Assembly: GCA_041483635.1 (NCBI GenBank)
Contig: JBGPGA010000003.1
Coordinates: 1 to 50,038 of the forward strand
DNA from: Thermoplasmata archaeon
GTDB lineage: Archaea > Thermoplasmatota > Thermoplasmata > RBG-16-68-12
Direction: 5' to 3'
Length of the DNA stretch: 50,038 nt
In this document: one piece after another, positions 1-9,213 of the stretch
Layout of the letters: every line of letters starts with the position of its first letter
Position numbering within the stretch: position 1 is the stretch's first letter
The notes under the pieces: model-generated
Database searches by the model: none
Told to the model about the DNA's origin: nothing
The model's input: only the letters and a program-made list of their open reading frames with translations
Program-made: the position numbers and the translations under genes

Positions 1-966
1 CACAACGCGCTGCCCGAGATCGACCTCGACGACATCGACCTCCAGGTCCGGTTCTTCGGCCGGAAGCTCGAGGCGCCCCTCCTCATCTCCTCGATGACGG
101 GCGGGTTCGGCATGGGCGGGGAGATCAACGCGAACCTTGCGAAAGCCGCGGCCGAGGTCGGCATCGCGATGGGTGTCGGCTCCCAGCGCGCAGCGATCGA
201 GAAGCCCGAACTCGAAGCCACGTACGCGGTCGTCAAGGACCACGACGTGCCCCTCCTCTTCGCGAACCTTGGGGCGCCCCAGCTCATCGCCCAGGCCGCG
301 AAGCGCGCGTACGGCGTCGCGGACGCGAAGAAGGCGGTGGACATGATCGGCGCGGACGCGCTCATCGTCCACCTCAATTTCCTCCAGGAGGTCGTGCAAC
401 CCGAAGGCGACCGCCGGGCGAAAGGCTGCCTGGCCGCGATCAAGAGCCTCGCCGCCCGTTTTCCCGTCATGGCAAAGGAGACGGGCGCGGGCATCTCCCG
501 GGACGTGGCAACGGCCCTCAAGAAGGCCGGCGTCAAGGCGATCGACGTCGGCGGCCTCGGCGGGACCTCCTTCTCCGCCGTGGAGCACTACCGCGCACGG
601 AAGGAAGCCTCCTCCCTCAAGGAGCGTCTCGGTGCGACGTTCTGGGACTGGGGCATCCCGACCCCTGCGTCGATCGTCCTGGCCAACGTCGGCCTCCCGC
701 TCGTCGCGACGGGAGGGGTGCGGAGCGGGCTCGATGCGGCGAAAGGGATCGCCCTCGGCGCGACCGCCGCCGGCATGGCGAAGCCCATGCTCGAGGCGGC
801 GAAGGTCTCCGCGGAGGCCGTGGTCCTGGAGCTCCGGGCGGTCATCGAGGAGCTGAAGGCGGCGATGTTCCTGACCGGTGCCTCCTCGATTGCGGAACTC
901 CAGGAGCAACATGCGATCATCAACGCCCCGACCGCCACCTGGATCGAGCTTGCGAGCGGGTCGTGA
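1..966 (+). CDS. fni: Type 2 isopentenyl-diphosphate delta-isomerase (FMN-dependent), 5'-truncated by the window edge
   Basis: Frame is open from base 1 (HNALPEIDLDDIDL...APLLISSMTGG); motifs MGVGSQR, HLNFLQEVVQPEGD, KETGAG, GGTSF and ATGGVRSG. Confidence 0.95.
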   Translation, partial: HNALPEIDLDDIDLQVRFFGRKLEAPLLISSMTGGFGMGGEINANLAKAAAEVGIAMGVGSQRAAIEKPELEATYAVVKDHDVPLLFANLGAPQLIAQAAKRAYGVADAKKAVDMIGADALIVHLNFLQEVVQPEGDRRAKGCLAAIKSLAARFPVMAKETGAGISRDVATALKKAGVKAIDVGGLGGTSFSAVEHYRARKEASSLKERLGATFWDWGIPTPASIVLANVGLPLVATGGVRSGLDAAKGIALGATAAGMAKPMLEAAKVSAEAVVLELRAVIEELKAAMFLTGASSIAELQEQHAIINAPTATWIELASGS

Positions 967-970
967 TCCG

Positions 971-2089
971 ATGAGCGACATGACGTCCTGGGAGGTCGAG
1001 CGGCTGGAACGACTCCTCGCGCCGTACCGGGAGGCATCGAATGCGAACATGCAGACGATGTGGGAGGAATATCTCGCGGGCCACCCGGCCGGCGCGTACC
1101 CGTCGACGAAGACGATGGCCCGCAACGCCCGGCTGTTCCTCGCGGGCAAGAGATACCGCTATGCGATCGCCCTCGCCGGGTACCGCCTCCTCACCGGAAA
1201 GGCTCCCCACGTCGCCCTCGAGCGCGCGGCGTGCTGGCTCGAGTGGTACCACCTGTACACCCTCTTCCTCGACGACATCATGGACGAGGACGAGCGGAGG
1301 CGGACCCTCCCGAGCGCGTGGGCCACGAACGCCTCGCTCTACCGCCGCGCGGACGCGACGCGCCCCGCGGTCGTCTTCCGCACCCGCCGCCACCGATACG
1401 GTGTTTCCCAGGCGATCCTCGATGCCCTCCGGATCCGATCTCTCGCCGAGAGGGCGATCGAGACCGCGAAGGATCTCGACGCCAACGTGCGCCTCGGACT
1501 CCTGACCGAGCTCACGGAGGTTGACCTCGTGCTCAGCGAGGGCCAGGGCCTCGACATCGACTTCGAAGGGTTGCGAACGATCCCTGAGGAGGACTACGTC
1601 CGCATGAGCGAGGCGAAGACCGCACGCCTGTACCTCGGCGCGGCCGCGACGGGAGCGATCAGCGCGGGGGCGCCCGTCGAAGTGCGCGAGACGTTCCAGG
1701 AGTACGCACTCCTGTTCGCGGTCGCCTTCCAGGATCGCGACGACCTCCTCGGCGCCGGCGTCGTTCGTTCGGAAATCGGCGGGTCGTCGGAGGGGGACAT
1801 CCGCCAGGGGAAGCGCACGCGAATCTATGCCCTGGCCACCGAGGCGCTGAAGGGGAAGGACCGGGCGGCGTTCCTCCGGGCCTACGGTCGCGGCTCGAGG
1901 ACGACGAAGAAGGACCTCGAGACCATTCGCGGTCTGCTGGCGCGTCACGTCCTGCCGCCCATGGAGGCCCGGATCGAGAAGAACCTCGACGTGGCCCGCA
2001 AAGCGCTCGACCGTCTGCCGAACCAGGATCCGGAGGCGCGAAAACTCCTCGACGCCCTCCTTGACGCGCAGCGATTCCGCGTCCGCTAA
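971..2089 (+). CDS. Polyprenyl (likely geranylgeranyl) diphosphate synthase
   Basis: GKRYR, first Asp-rich motif DDIMD..RR, GQGLDI, KTA and a QxxDD second motif; adjacent to fni; ATG at 971. Confidence 0.85.
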   Translation: MSDMTSWEVERLERLLAPYREASNANMQTMWEEYLAGHPAGAYPSTKTMARNARLFLAGKRYRYAIALAGYRLLTGKAPHVALERAACWLEWYHLYTLFLDDIMDEDERRRTLPSAWATNASLYRRADATRPAVVFRTRRHRYGVSQAILDALRIRSLAERAIETAKDLDANVRLGLLTELTEVDLVLSEGQGLDIDFEGLRTIPEEDYVRMSEAKTARLYLGAAATGAISAGAPVEVRETFQEYALLFAVAFQDRDDLLGAGVVRSEIGGSSEGDIRQGKRTRIYALATEALKGKDRAAFLRAYGRGSRTTKKDLETIRGLLARHVLPPMEARIEKNLDVARKALDRLPNQDPEARKLLDALLDAQRFRVR

Positions 2090-2754
2090 TCCTCGAGCCC
2101 GTGGGCCGTGATTCGGAACGTGGCCCGGCTGCCTTCCTCCCGGTGGCGGTGCTTGTCGAGGACCGCGGCGCGCTGGCTCGGTCCGACCTTTTCGAAGCGG
2201 ATGATCGTCTTCGCGTTGTGGCTGAGCATGTGCCCGCCGAGGGGCATGTACCGCCCCGTGTCGAAGTCCGTGTACACCTGGGACGTGACGACGACCGGGA
2301 TGCCTCGGGTCCGGGAGACCTTGAGCAGGCGGGCGATCTGCCGCGTCAGGGAGTACCGCTCGTCCCGCCGCGTCTCGTCCTTCATCGTCAGCCGGTAATG
2401 CATCGTGATGCTGTCGATGACGATGAGGCCGACCTCCGCGTTGTTCTCCGCGATCTTGACCGCCTTCTCGATGAGGGACTCCTGCTCCTCGAAGTTGTAC
2501 GGCTCCGAGAAGAGGATGTTCTTCGCGACGAGCTCGAAGTCGTCCCCGCAGATCTGCTGCAGCCGCTCCATCGACACGCCCTCCGTGTCGATGTAGATCA
2601 CCTTGCGACCCGACCGCACCACATTGCGCGCGAGCTGGAGGCAGAAGTTCGTCTTGCCACTTCCCGCCTCCCCGTGGAGGAGCGTGATGCACCCGTCCTC
2701 GACGCCGCCGCCCAGGAGGTCGTCCAGGGCGCGGCAGCCCAGGGACACCTTCAT
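2086..2754 (-). CDS. radB: DNA repair and recombination protein RadB
   Basis: LDDLLGGG, Walker A GEAGSGKT, YIDTEG and the C-terminal KHR motif; 222 aa with no RadA N-domain. Confidence 0.93.
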   Translation of the reverse strand: MKVSLGCRALDDLLGGGVEDGCITLLHGEAGSGKTNFCLQLARNVVRSGRKVIYIDTEGVSMERLQQICGDDFELVAKNILFSEPYNFEEQESLIEKAVKIAENNAEVGLIVIDSITMHYRLTMKDETRRDERYSLTRQIARLLKVSRTRGIPVVVTSQVYTDFDTGRYMPLGGHMLSHNAKTIIRFEKVGPSQRAAVLDKHRHREEGSRATFRITAHGLED

Positions 2755-2779
2755 CGCTCGGGCAAGGGCGGGGCCGCCT

Positions 2780-3805
2780 TTAAGGCTTCGAGGAGTCGTC
2801 CGTCACTGCAGATAGGAAAGCCTCGTCCGCGGTCCACACGACCCGGTGGCGACCCGCGTTCGTTCCGTGCGTCCGGACGGCGCGTTTCGCCCCGGATTCG
2901 GGGTGGGCTGCCACGAGGTGCCCTGCCTCGTCCGGGCGGACGTCGGCCTCGAACCGCTCCGCGTCCACGCGCCGGAGGCCACGCAGGTCCTTCGGTTTGT
3001 ACCGGCGCTTCTCGCCCGTGATCAAGTCGCGGAGCTCCACGAACGGACGGAGGGCGAGGACCTCCATCAGACCCTCCTTCCGCCGGACCACGTCGCCGAT
3101 CCGGAACGCGGGGAGGCGGACGAGGGAGGTGACGCGGTACACCTCTTTGCCGTCGCGCTGGCCGTAGAGCTTGGGCGAGGCGGCCACCGTGCCGCCGAAC
3201 GTCTCCGCGATCTCCTTCGCGAGCCGCATCCCGAGGCCGTTCGTGCTCACGTAGAAATCGAGGCCGCCATGGATCTCCTCCGTGCGGGAGATGAAGTCTC
3301 CGCCCTCCTCGCGCCTTCGGTCGATGCGGGCCAGGACGAGCGTCCGGACGTCCCGCAACTCCCGCGGCGTCAGGTCTCGGTCCTCGGCGCGCACCTGGAG
3401 GATGCCTTCGAAGTAGCGGCCTCCCTGCTTCTGGCACGTGTCGCACGCGGAGGGCTTGACCCGCAACCGGACATGGAAGTCCTGCACCTGCTGGAGGTCC
3501 TCGAAGCGGCCGCTCGCCTTGACCGTGACGAAGTAGTTGTTTGCGTCCTCCTCGCGGGCGACGTGGGTGAAGGCGACGTGTTCGAACGGCGGGAGGGGGC
3601 GCACCCGCTCCCGCAGGAGCTGGGGGATCGCGAGGTCGAGATCGACCCGCGACCACCCGGAGCGGAAGTGAAACGCCCCGCATTGGGCGCACCGCGGGAC
3701 ATCGAGGTTCGTGGGCGGCTCGACGAGGGGGTGCTTCTTCGCGAAGCAGGAAGCGCAGACGCCCCGAAAGACCGGGCCCTCGGCCCCGCACTCGACGCAG
3801 AACAT
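2780..3805 (-). CDS. NMD3-family ribosome maturation protein
   Basis: Four CxxC pairs (FCVECG, CASC, CAQCG, CDTC), GRYFEGILQVR, GGLDFY and KLYGQRDGKEVYRVT. Confidence 0.9.
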   Translation of the reverse strand: MFCVECGAEGPVFRGVCASCFAKKHPLVEPPTNLDVPRCAQCGAFHFRSGWSRVDLDLAIPQLLRERVRPLPPFEHVAFTHVAREEDANNYFVTVKASGRFEDLQQVQDFHVRLRVKPSACDTCQKQGGRYFEGILQVRAEDRDLTPRELRDVRTLVLARIDRRREEGGDFISRTEEIHGGLDFYVSTNGLGMRLAKEIAETFGGTVAASPKLYGQRDGKEVYRVTSLVRLPAFRIGDVVRRKEGLMEVLALRPFVELRDLITGEKRRYKPKDLRGLRRVDAERFEADVRPDEAGHLVAAHPESGAKRAVRTHGTNAGRHRVVWTADEAFLSAVTDDSSKP

Positions 3806-3918
3806 ACGGCTGCCATTCGAACGGGGCGGGCGTACTTAAGGGCTAGGTCCGCCCATGCTCCGGAGCGATAGTCGAGTCGAAGTGCCTAAGTAGCCGAGCG
3901 GGTGTCGCACGGCAACCC

Positions 3919-4476
3919 ATGCCTCAAGTGCGCTCGTGGTGGCGTCTCAAGAAAGTCCGGCACCGGGATGCCGTCATCCTCTCCATCGCTTCGTCCTCGT
4001 GCCTGCTCGCCGGCGAACTCGCGAGCCAGACGGGGATTCCCTACCTCTACAACCAGTACCTCGCGGGAGTCCGGGACCAGCCTCTTCTCTTCACCGTCAA
4101 CAGCGTTCTGGTCGTCCTCGCCTACACGACCTACTTCGGCGGGATCTTCGTGCTGCTCGGCGGGCTGCACTTTTCCTGGGGACGGGTCGACCGGGGACGG
4201 TTCCTCATGTCCCTGGGAGTGGGACTCAGCTTCCTGGGACTCATGAAGCAGTTCGCACTCGCGATTCTGAACACCGGGACGCCCCTAACCTTCTTCCTCG
4301 GGTTCTCTGGCCTGATCGGGATCGGACTGCTCTTGGGCTTCGTGAGTCACGTCCTCATGGGCGAGTACGCCCTCATGCTGAAGAAGCACGCGAAGAGCGC
4401 CTGGCGGCAGTGGCGCCGGAGCCGGCGCCCCCGGCCCGGGCGACGCCGGGCGAGGAATTCGGCGAACGGCCGCTGA
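3919..4476 (+). CDS. Hypothetical membrane protein (~4 TM)
   Basis: About four hydrophobic segments and an Arg-rich C-tail. Confidence 0.7.
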   Translation: MPQVRSWWRLKKVRHRDAVILSIASSSCLLAGELASQTGIPYLYNQYLAGVRDQPLLFTVNSVLVVLAYTTYFGGIFVLLGGLHFSWGRVDRGRFLMSLGVGLSFLGLMKQFALAILNTGTPLTFFLGFSGLIGIGLLLGFVSHVLMGEYALMLKKHAKSAWRQWRRSRRPRPGRRRARNSANGR

Positions 4477-4499
4477 GGGCGACCGCCTCACGCTCGGGT

Positions 4500-4655
4500 T
4501 TAGAGCATCATGATCGTCCAAGTGATCCAGCCCACCAGGGAGAGGGCCCCGAATACGAAGACGATTCCTATGGCCCATTCCCCCGCGGTCGGACGGACTG
4601 CGACCGGCGGCGGAGATTCGGCATGCGCGGGTTCCGGGGCGGGCTCGGCGTGCAT
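4500..4655 (-). CDS. 51-aa single-TM microprotein (not in the ORF track)
   Basis: Manual translation MHAEPAPEPAHAESPPPVAVRPTAGEWAIGIVFVFGALSLVGWITWTIMML*; fills the gap downstream of DUF424 on the same strand. Confidence 0.6.
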   Translation of the reverse strand: MHAEPAPEPAHAESPPPVAVRPTAGEWAIGIVFVFGALSLVGWITWTIMML

Positions 4656-4701
4656 CGCGACGACGAAGGAGGGAGGCCGGAAAAACTTTCGCAGGCCGTC
4701 T

Positions 4702-5001
4702 TCACCCCATCATCATCACGTACTGCGCGTGCGGGACGCCCCCGATCCAGAGGATTCCTTCGTCGCTCACGTAGCCTCCCTGCTTCGCTGCCTCGATCGT
4801 CTCGCGCCCGACGAAGTTGCCAATCGTCGCGAGCTTGAGGTGGTTGAGCAGGCCCTCCGGCGTCACGCGGTCGCCCTCGTAGAACTTGCCCACCTCGATC
4901 TTGAACTTCCCTTCGCGGAACGTCTTCCCGAGGAGGTCCTCGTCCGCCGCGGCGAGGAGCGTCTCCTTCCCCTGGGTGTAGACCTTCATCCGGATCGGCA
5001 T
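4702..5001 (-). CDS. DUF424 family protein
   Basis: LLAAADEDLLGKTF, FYEG, ATIGNFVG and IGGVPHAQ are typical of archaeal DUF424. Confidence 0.88.
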   Translation of the reverse strand: MPIRMKVYTQGKETLLAAADEDLLGKTFREGKFKIEVGKFYEGDRVTPEGLLNHLKLATIGNFVGRETIEAAKQGGYVSDEGILWIGGVPHAQYVMMMG

Positions 5002-5044
5002 GGGCGGACCACGGTCACGGCCCGGGAGAGATAATAGGCCTTCG

Positions 5045-8000
5045 CTACAACCGTTCGACGAGCTTGTACTTGTTCTTGGCGGGGCTGTAGATCTCCCCTT
5101 CCTGGGACCAGCGCTTGAGCCACGAGTCGACCTTGGCCGGCGGAATCCCGCGTTCCTGGGCGATCCGCACGATGTCCTCGTAGTCCGCGACGCCGTCCGG
5201 ACCCGCGAGCTCGTTGATGATGTCCCGCAGGGAGATGATCTGCTCGCGCTGGGACTGGCTGATCCCGGTCTGGATGATGTCGATGTCGAACTTGCCCTCC
5301 TCCCCGGCGACCTTGCCCATCCAGTACTCGACGATGCGCACGGCGCGGTCCGCGTCGTCGATCGTGACCTCGCTGCTCAGACGCAGACGGGCGCTGGCCT
5401 CCGAGAGGCGGATGATCGCTTCGAGCTGACGCGGGGTGATCGGGACACTCGACCCGGCGGCTTCGCCGGTCTTCCGGATCTCGAGATACTTCTTCTCGAT
5501 GGCTCCCATCGCCTCGTCGGTCATGATCGGGTAGATGCGTTTCGCGTACGCGACGTACTTCCGGAGGAACTCGGGGTTGAAGTGCGGTGTGTAGGGTTCC
5601 TCGAGCATGTGAGTCTCGGGCGTCGCAAGGCCCGACTCGCGGCGCCGCAGCATCTCTCCGACCTGGTGTCCTTTGAGGACATGCTCCGCCAGCTCCCGGT
5701 CCCTGTCGGCCTGCGGACGGTCGATCATGGAGAAGATGATGTCGAAGCGGCTGAGGAGCGCGGGGGGGAGGTCGATTTGCTCGGAGATGTACTTGTGTTC
5801 GTCGAACCGCCCGAACTTCGGGTTGGCCGCGGCGAGGACCGCGCAGCGGGACTGAAGGACGGCGGTGATCCCCGCCTTCGCCACGCTGATCCGTTGCTGC
5901 TCCATCGCCTCGTGGATGGCCGAACGATCCTGCGGGTTCATCTTCTCGATTTCGTCGATGCAGTTGTGGACGACGACGCCGTCGCACACGAAGTTGCTCG
6001 GGCCCGGCACCCGGAGATCATACACGAACCCATCGTACTCCTCCGACCGGACCTCCGCGATTCGGTCGAGCGCGTAGTCGCGTCCGCTTAGGGACTGGAG
6101 GCGAGCATGGTCTTCTGGACGGAGCCAGGGCTTCACGGCCTCAGCGAGCTTCGCAAGGGTCGGCTTGTAAGGCCGACGCCGACCGTGAGAGAGATCGTAG
6201 AGCTGGCTCCAGTACCTCTTGTCCAGCAGTCGCCATGGTTTCGGTCTCGCCCTGGCGAGAATTTCCGCCACGGGCTCGGACGGTGCCTCCTCATGGTCGG
6301 CAGGTTGGAGGGCATCCGCCTCTGGGATGTGCTTCGTCTTGACGGAGAACCGGGCCATCGCCTCGAGGAGCCGCCTCGCATCCTCGCGAGAACTGATCTG
6401 GACGAAGAGCACGTTGTGTCCTTGGCGGACCCGACCAAAGACGTCGAACCGCCGTAAGGCGTACAGGAGGCGCAGGTTCGCTTGGCGCTGAGGCGAGAAC
6501 ATGAACTGAAGGTCCACGCTCTCATAGGCGGCTGTTCCAACCGCCGATTTCTTCACGGACACGCAACCGTCCGCGTCCATGAGGCCGGCGAGGAAACCCC
6601 GGAGCGCGCCATCATCGAGCCGCAGGAGGTTTGCCAAGTCGTCCTCCGTGACCCAGCGGTACAGGAAGGCCAGGAGATTCGATCCGCGATGCATGTGGTA
6701 CATCCGACTCTCCGTCGGCTGGCCGCGGATCCGGGAACGCATGATTCGTGAGTGCATCCCCCACCCCTTCGGGGTGACGGCCTTCGTCATCTCAAGGAGT
6801 CGTTGGATTTGCGGCATGTGGACTGTGGACTGGAAGATGCTGACGTTTGAGCGACGGTCATTCACCTTGACGTGTCCGTCCCCGCAGAGGAAGCCGAGCA
6901 AGTATCCGAGTTCCGGCGTGAGCGCCGCGATCCTCAACCGCTCCGTGGACCTCCGGCGTCCGTACGCGAACGGACGTATCTTCCAGGCGTCGTAGAGGCC
7001 CATATCCCGGAGGAGGGCTCGGAAGGTCCCCACCTCCATGGCGCTCCTTCCATTCAGCACATCCCTTGCGAGGCCGTACGCACGATTCGCCGCGGCCAAC
7101 GTCGGGAAGCGCCGCAGCAGGAGACCGCGCAGCTCTTCCTTCTCCGATCGAGTGGGCTGAATGATCCAGTCGTCTGGCAGCAGATCGAGCAGCCACAGAG
7201 GCGCTCGCCTCGCCGGGAGCTTCTGGCACGCGACGAGACGCGCGTTGGGCCGAAGCGTCTGGAGCGGCTTCCAGGAATACGATTCCCCATCGAGTACGAG
7301 GTGGTCCGGCGTCAGACGAACCTCGAACCCGGACGAGAGCGTGATGCGGTAGATGGGGCCGCGATAGCGTTTTCGGACCACGAACGCCGCCTCGGCGGAG
7401 CCTGTCCGCGCGGTCATCGGGTCGAAGGAAACCGTCGGCTGGGCCAGGGGTGACAGCTGGACGGATCGCCCACCCGCCGTTGCATCTACCGCGCGCGAGG
7501 CGTCGAACAGTTTATCGACGCGGACCGGAGCTCCGTCAATCAGGACTTCGGACTCAGGATGGAGGCAGGCCAATCCGAGATCTGCGAGGACGAGCGCGCC
7601 CGCCTCGAGGGTCCACCGTCCCTCACCAAACTCATCGCGCACTGCCGCAGCCGTAAGCCCAGCGGCGGTCGCGGCCTTGCCTGTGGCATAGATTCCGCGC
7701 GGAGAGAGGCGGCTCATGTACGAGAGTAACTCGGACTTCCCCACTCCTGGGTCGCCGACCATGAGCACATGGATGTCCCCGCGGATGCGGCGGCCGTCCG
7801 GCAGCACCTTCGGCACGCCGCTGAACAGCTGCAGGGCGAGTGCTTCCTTCTCCACGTACATCCCGTAAAGGGACGGGGCGATGGATGCGGTGATCAGGCG
7901 GTAGATGTCCGGTGTGGAGCCCGCCTCCCGGATGAGCCGCGCATCCTCCTCGGTGACCTCGATCTCCTCGAACTCGACCTGCTCCCGTTCGATCGAGTTG

Positions 8001-8821
8001 ACGTCGATGAAGATGTCAAACAGGGTGGACTTGGCACCCGGGCGTCCCTTCTGGACGCTCCGGAGGACACCGTTCATGACGACCCGGTTGCCCGGGGTGA
8101 TCAGGCCGGTCAGATCGTCCTCCACATACGTCGTGAGGCGCTGCGGTTCCTCCCCGCCTCGCAGCCCTTCGGGCGCCTCCTGGACCTCGAGCTTTTGCGT
8201 GTCCAGGAACAAGGACGTCTCGGTGAGGAGCTTGAACTTCGTCGCGCTCGCGGAACGCTTGCAGCCTCCTTGCTCCTCGTAACATTCAAGGGGTTCTCGG
8301 AAGTTCTGGCCGTCCTGCTCCTCCTTGATGATCGTCCCGCAACGAAGGCATTGGAAGAGCGCGCCGACCACCCGCGGCCGGACCTCCGTCGACTTGCGTA
8401 CGAGCCCTTCCACGGAGATGAACCGGCCGAGGTGCTTCGCCCGCAGGTCTCGGATCTGGACCCGGCCATCCCGCGGCAATCCCTTGACGCGGAGATGGAT
8501 CTGGGTGAGCTCCTCGCCCGGCGGGACGAGCCGGCGCATCGCCTCCTCCCCCGCCGTCAGCACGTTCAGAGGGTGGCCCATGAGGAAGATGGCCATGTCC
8601 GTGTCGAACCGGTTCAGCTCCAGGAAGGAGACCTCGAGGGTCCGGTCCTCCGGGTACCGGTCCGCGACGGCGATGATCTTGGAGAGGTACCCGGCTTCTT
8701 CGAAGAACTCCTCCCACTTCGCAATGAGCTCTTCTTGCGGAAACTCGACGAGCGTACGATCCTCCCCGTGCCCCCGGGCCCTCGCCCCTTCGGGCGCCGG
8801 CGGCACGTCCACACCCTCCAT
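5045..8821 (-). CDS. mcm: Replicative helicase MCM (intein-containing)
   Basis: Zn finger CLRC..C, Walker A GDPGVGKS, Walker B CIDEIEKM, IHEAMEQQ, Arg finger SRFD and C-terminal wHTH; start placed at ATG 8821 behind a GGAGGT Shine-Dalgarno sequence. Confidence 0.96.
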   Translation of the reverse strand: MEGVDVPPAPEGARARGHGEDRTLVEFPQEELIAKWEEFFEEAGYLSKIIAVADRYPEDRTLEVSFLELNRFDTDMAIFLMGHPLNVLTAGEEAMRRLVPPGEELTQIHLRVKGLPRDGRVQIRDLRAKHLGRFISVEGLVRKSTEVRPRVVGALFQCLRCGTIIKEEQDGQNFREPLECYEEQGGCKRSASATKFKLLTETSLFLDTQKLEVQEAPEGLRGGEEPQRLTTYVEDDLTGLITPGNRVVMNGVLRSVQKGRPGAKSTLFDIFIDVNSIEREQVEFEEIEVTEEDARLIREAGSTPDIYRLITASIAPSLYGMYVEKEALALQLFSGVPKVLPDGRRIRGDIHVLMVGDPGVGKSELLSYMSRLSPRGIYATGKAATAAGLTAAAVRDEFGEGRWTLEAGALVLADLGLACLHPESEVLIDGAPVRVDKLFDASRAVDATAGGRSVQLSPLAQPTVSFDPMTARTGSAEAAFVVRKRYRGPIYRITLSSGFEVRLTPDHLVLDGESYSWKPLQTLRPNARLVACQKLPARRAPLWLLDLLPDDWIIQPTRSEKEELRGLLLRRFPTLAAANRAYGLARDVLNGRSAMEVGTFRALLRDMGLYDAWKIRPFAYGRRRSTERLRIAALTPELGYLLGFLCGDGHVKVNDRRSNVSIFQSTVHMPQIQRLLEMTKAVTPKGWGMHSRIMRSRIRGQPTESRMYHMHRGSNLLAFLYRWVTEDDLANLLRLDDGALRGFLAGLMDADGCVSVKKSAVGTAAYESVDLQFMFSPQRQANLRLLYALRRFDVFGRVRQGHNVLFVQISSREDARRLLEAMARFSVKTKHIPEADALQPADHEEAPSEPVAEILARARPKPWRLLDKRYWSQLYDLSHGRRRPYKPTLAKLAEAVKPWLRPEDHARLQSLSGRDYALDRIAEVRSEEYDGFVYDLRVPGPSNFVCDGVVVHNCIDEIEKMNPQDRSAIHEAMEQQRISVAKAGITAVLQSRCAVLAAANPKFGRFDEHKYISEQIDLPPALLSRFDIIFSMIDRPQADRDRELAEHVLKGHQVGEMLRRRESGLATPETHMLEEPYTPHFNPEFLRKYVAYAKRIYPIMTDEAMGAIEKKYLEIRKTGEAAGSSVPITPRQLEAIIRLSEASARLRLSSEVTIDDADRAVRIVEYWMGKVAGEEGKFDIDIIQTGISQSQREQIISLRDIINELAGPDGVADYEDIVRIAQERGIPPAKVDSWLKRWSQEGEIYSPAKNKYKLVERL
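5963..7567 (-). mobile_element. Intein (535 aa) with LAGLIDADG homing endonuclease in MCM
   Basis: Junctions ADLGLA|CLHPESEV ... VYDL..NFVCDGVVVHN|CIDE; block B TPDH; LAGLIDADG-like motifs LLGFLCGDG and FLAGLMDADG; inserted just before Walker B. Confidence 0.95.
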
Positions 8822-8941
8822 GTTCCTACTTAACCTCCCGCCCCGCCGTTTCCTGTCGAGTGGAGATCCACCGGATCCCATGGAGGGAGACCGGCCCGCA
8901 TGGATTTCCATTGGAACCCGCGGGGTCCGTTTCGGCGATCC

Positions 8942-9085
8942 TCAATCGCAGGGGGAGTATCCGCACTGGCCACACAGGACGCATCCGTTCATGTGAAGGA
9001 GGGCCGCCCCGCACTCGGGACATTCCGCCTTGGACGCCGCGGGGCTCCCATCCGTGGGGATGGTGGTCGCGGAGGAGTCTTCCAT
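8942..9085 (-). CDS. 47-aa stand-alone Zn-ribbon protein (not in the ORF track)
   Basis: Manual translation MEDSSATTIPTDGSPAASKAECPECGAALLHMNGCVLCGQCGYSPCD*; the CPECG..GCxxCxxCGYSxC pattern resembles the C-terminal Zn ribbon of class II ribonucleotide reductases. Confidence 0.75.
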   Translation of the reverse strand: MEDSSATTIPTDGSPAASKAECPECGAALLHMNGCVLCGQCGYSPCD

Positions 9086-9213
9086 GATCTGTCTGCACCA
9101 TCGGAACACAAAGGTGGCGCGGGCCTAAAAGGAGCCTCGGGGGGATAGGCGAAAGTGGTACTCGCGAACGGCAGAGGCGAACCTTCTTCCCCTGCCGTTC
9201 CTTCGTCGCGCTG

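Noticed and set aside
8822-8911. Longer N-termini given by the ORF track for MCM (also RtcB, NAC, AMMECR1, HdrA, EtfA/B and the esterase)
   Set aside because: The extensions are low-complexity and overlap promoters or neighbouring genes; downstream starts match family N-termini and SD/TATA positions
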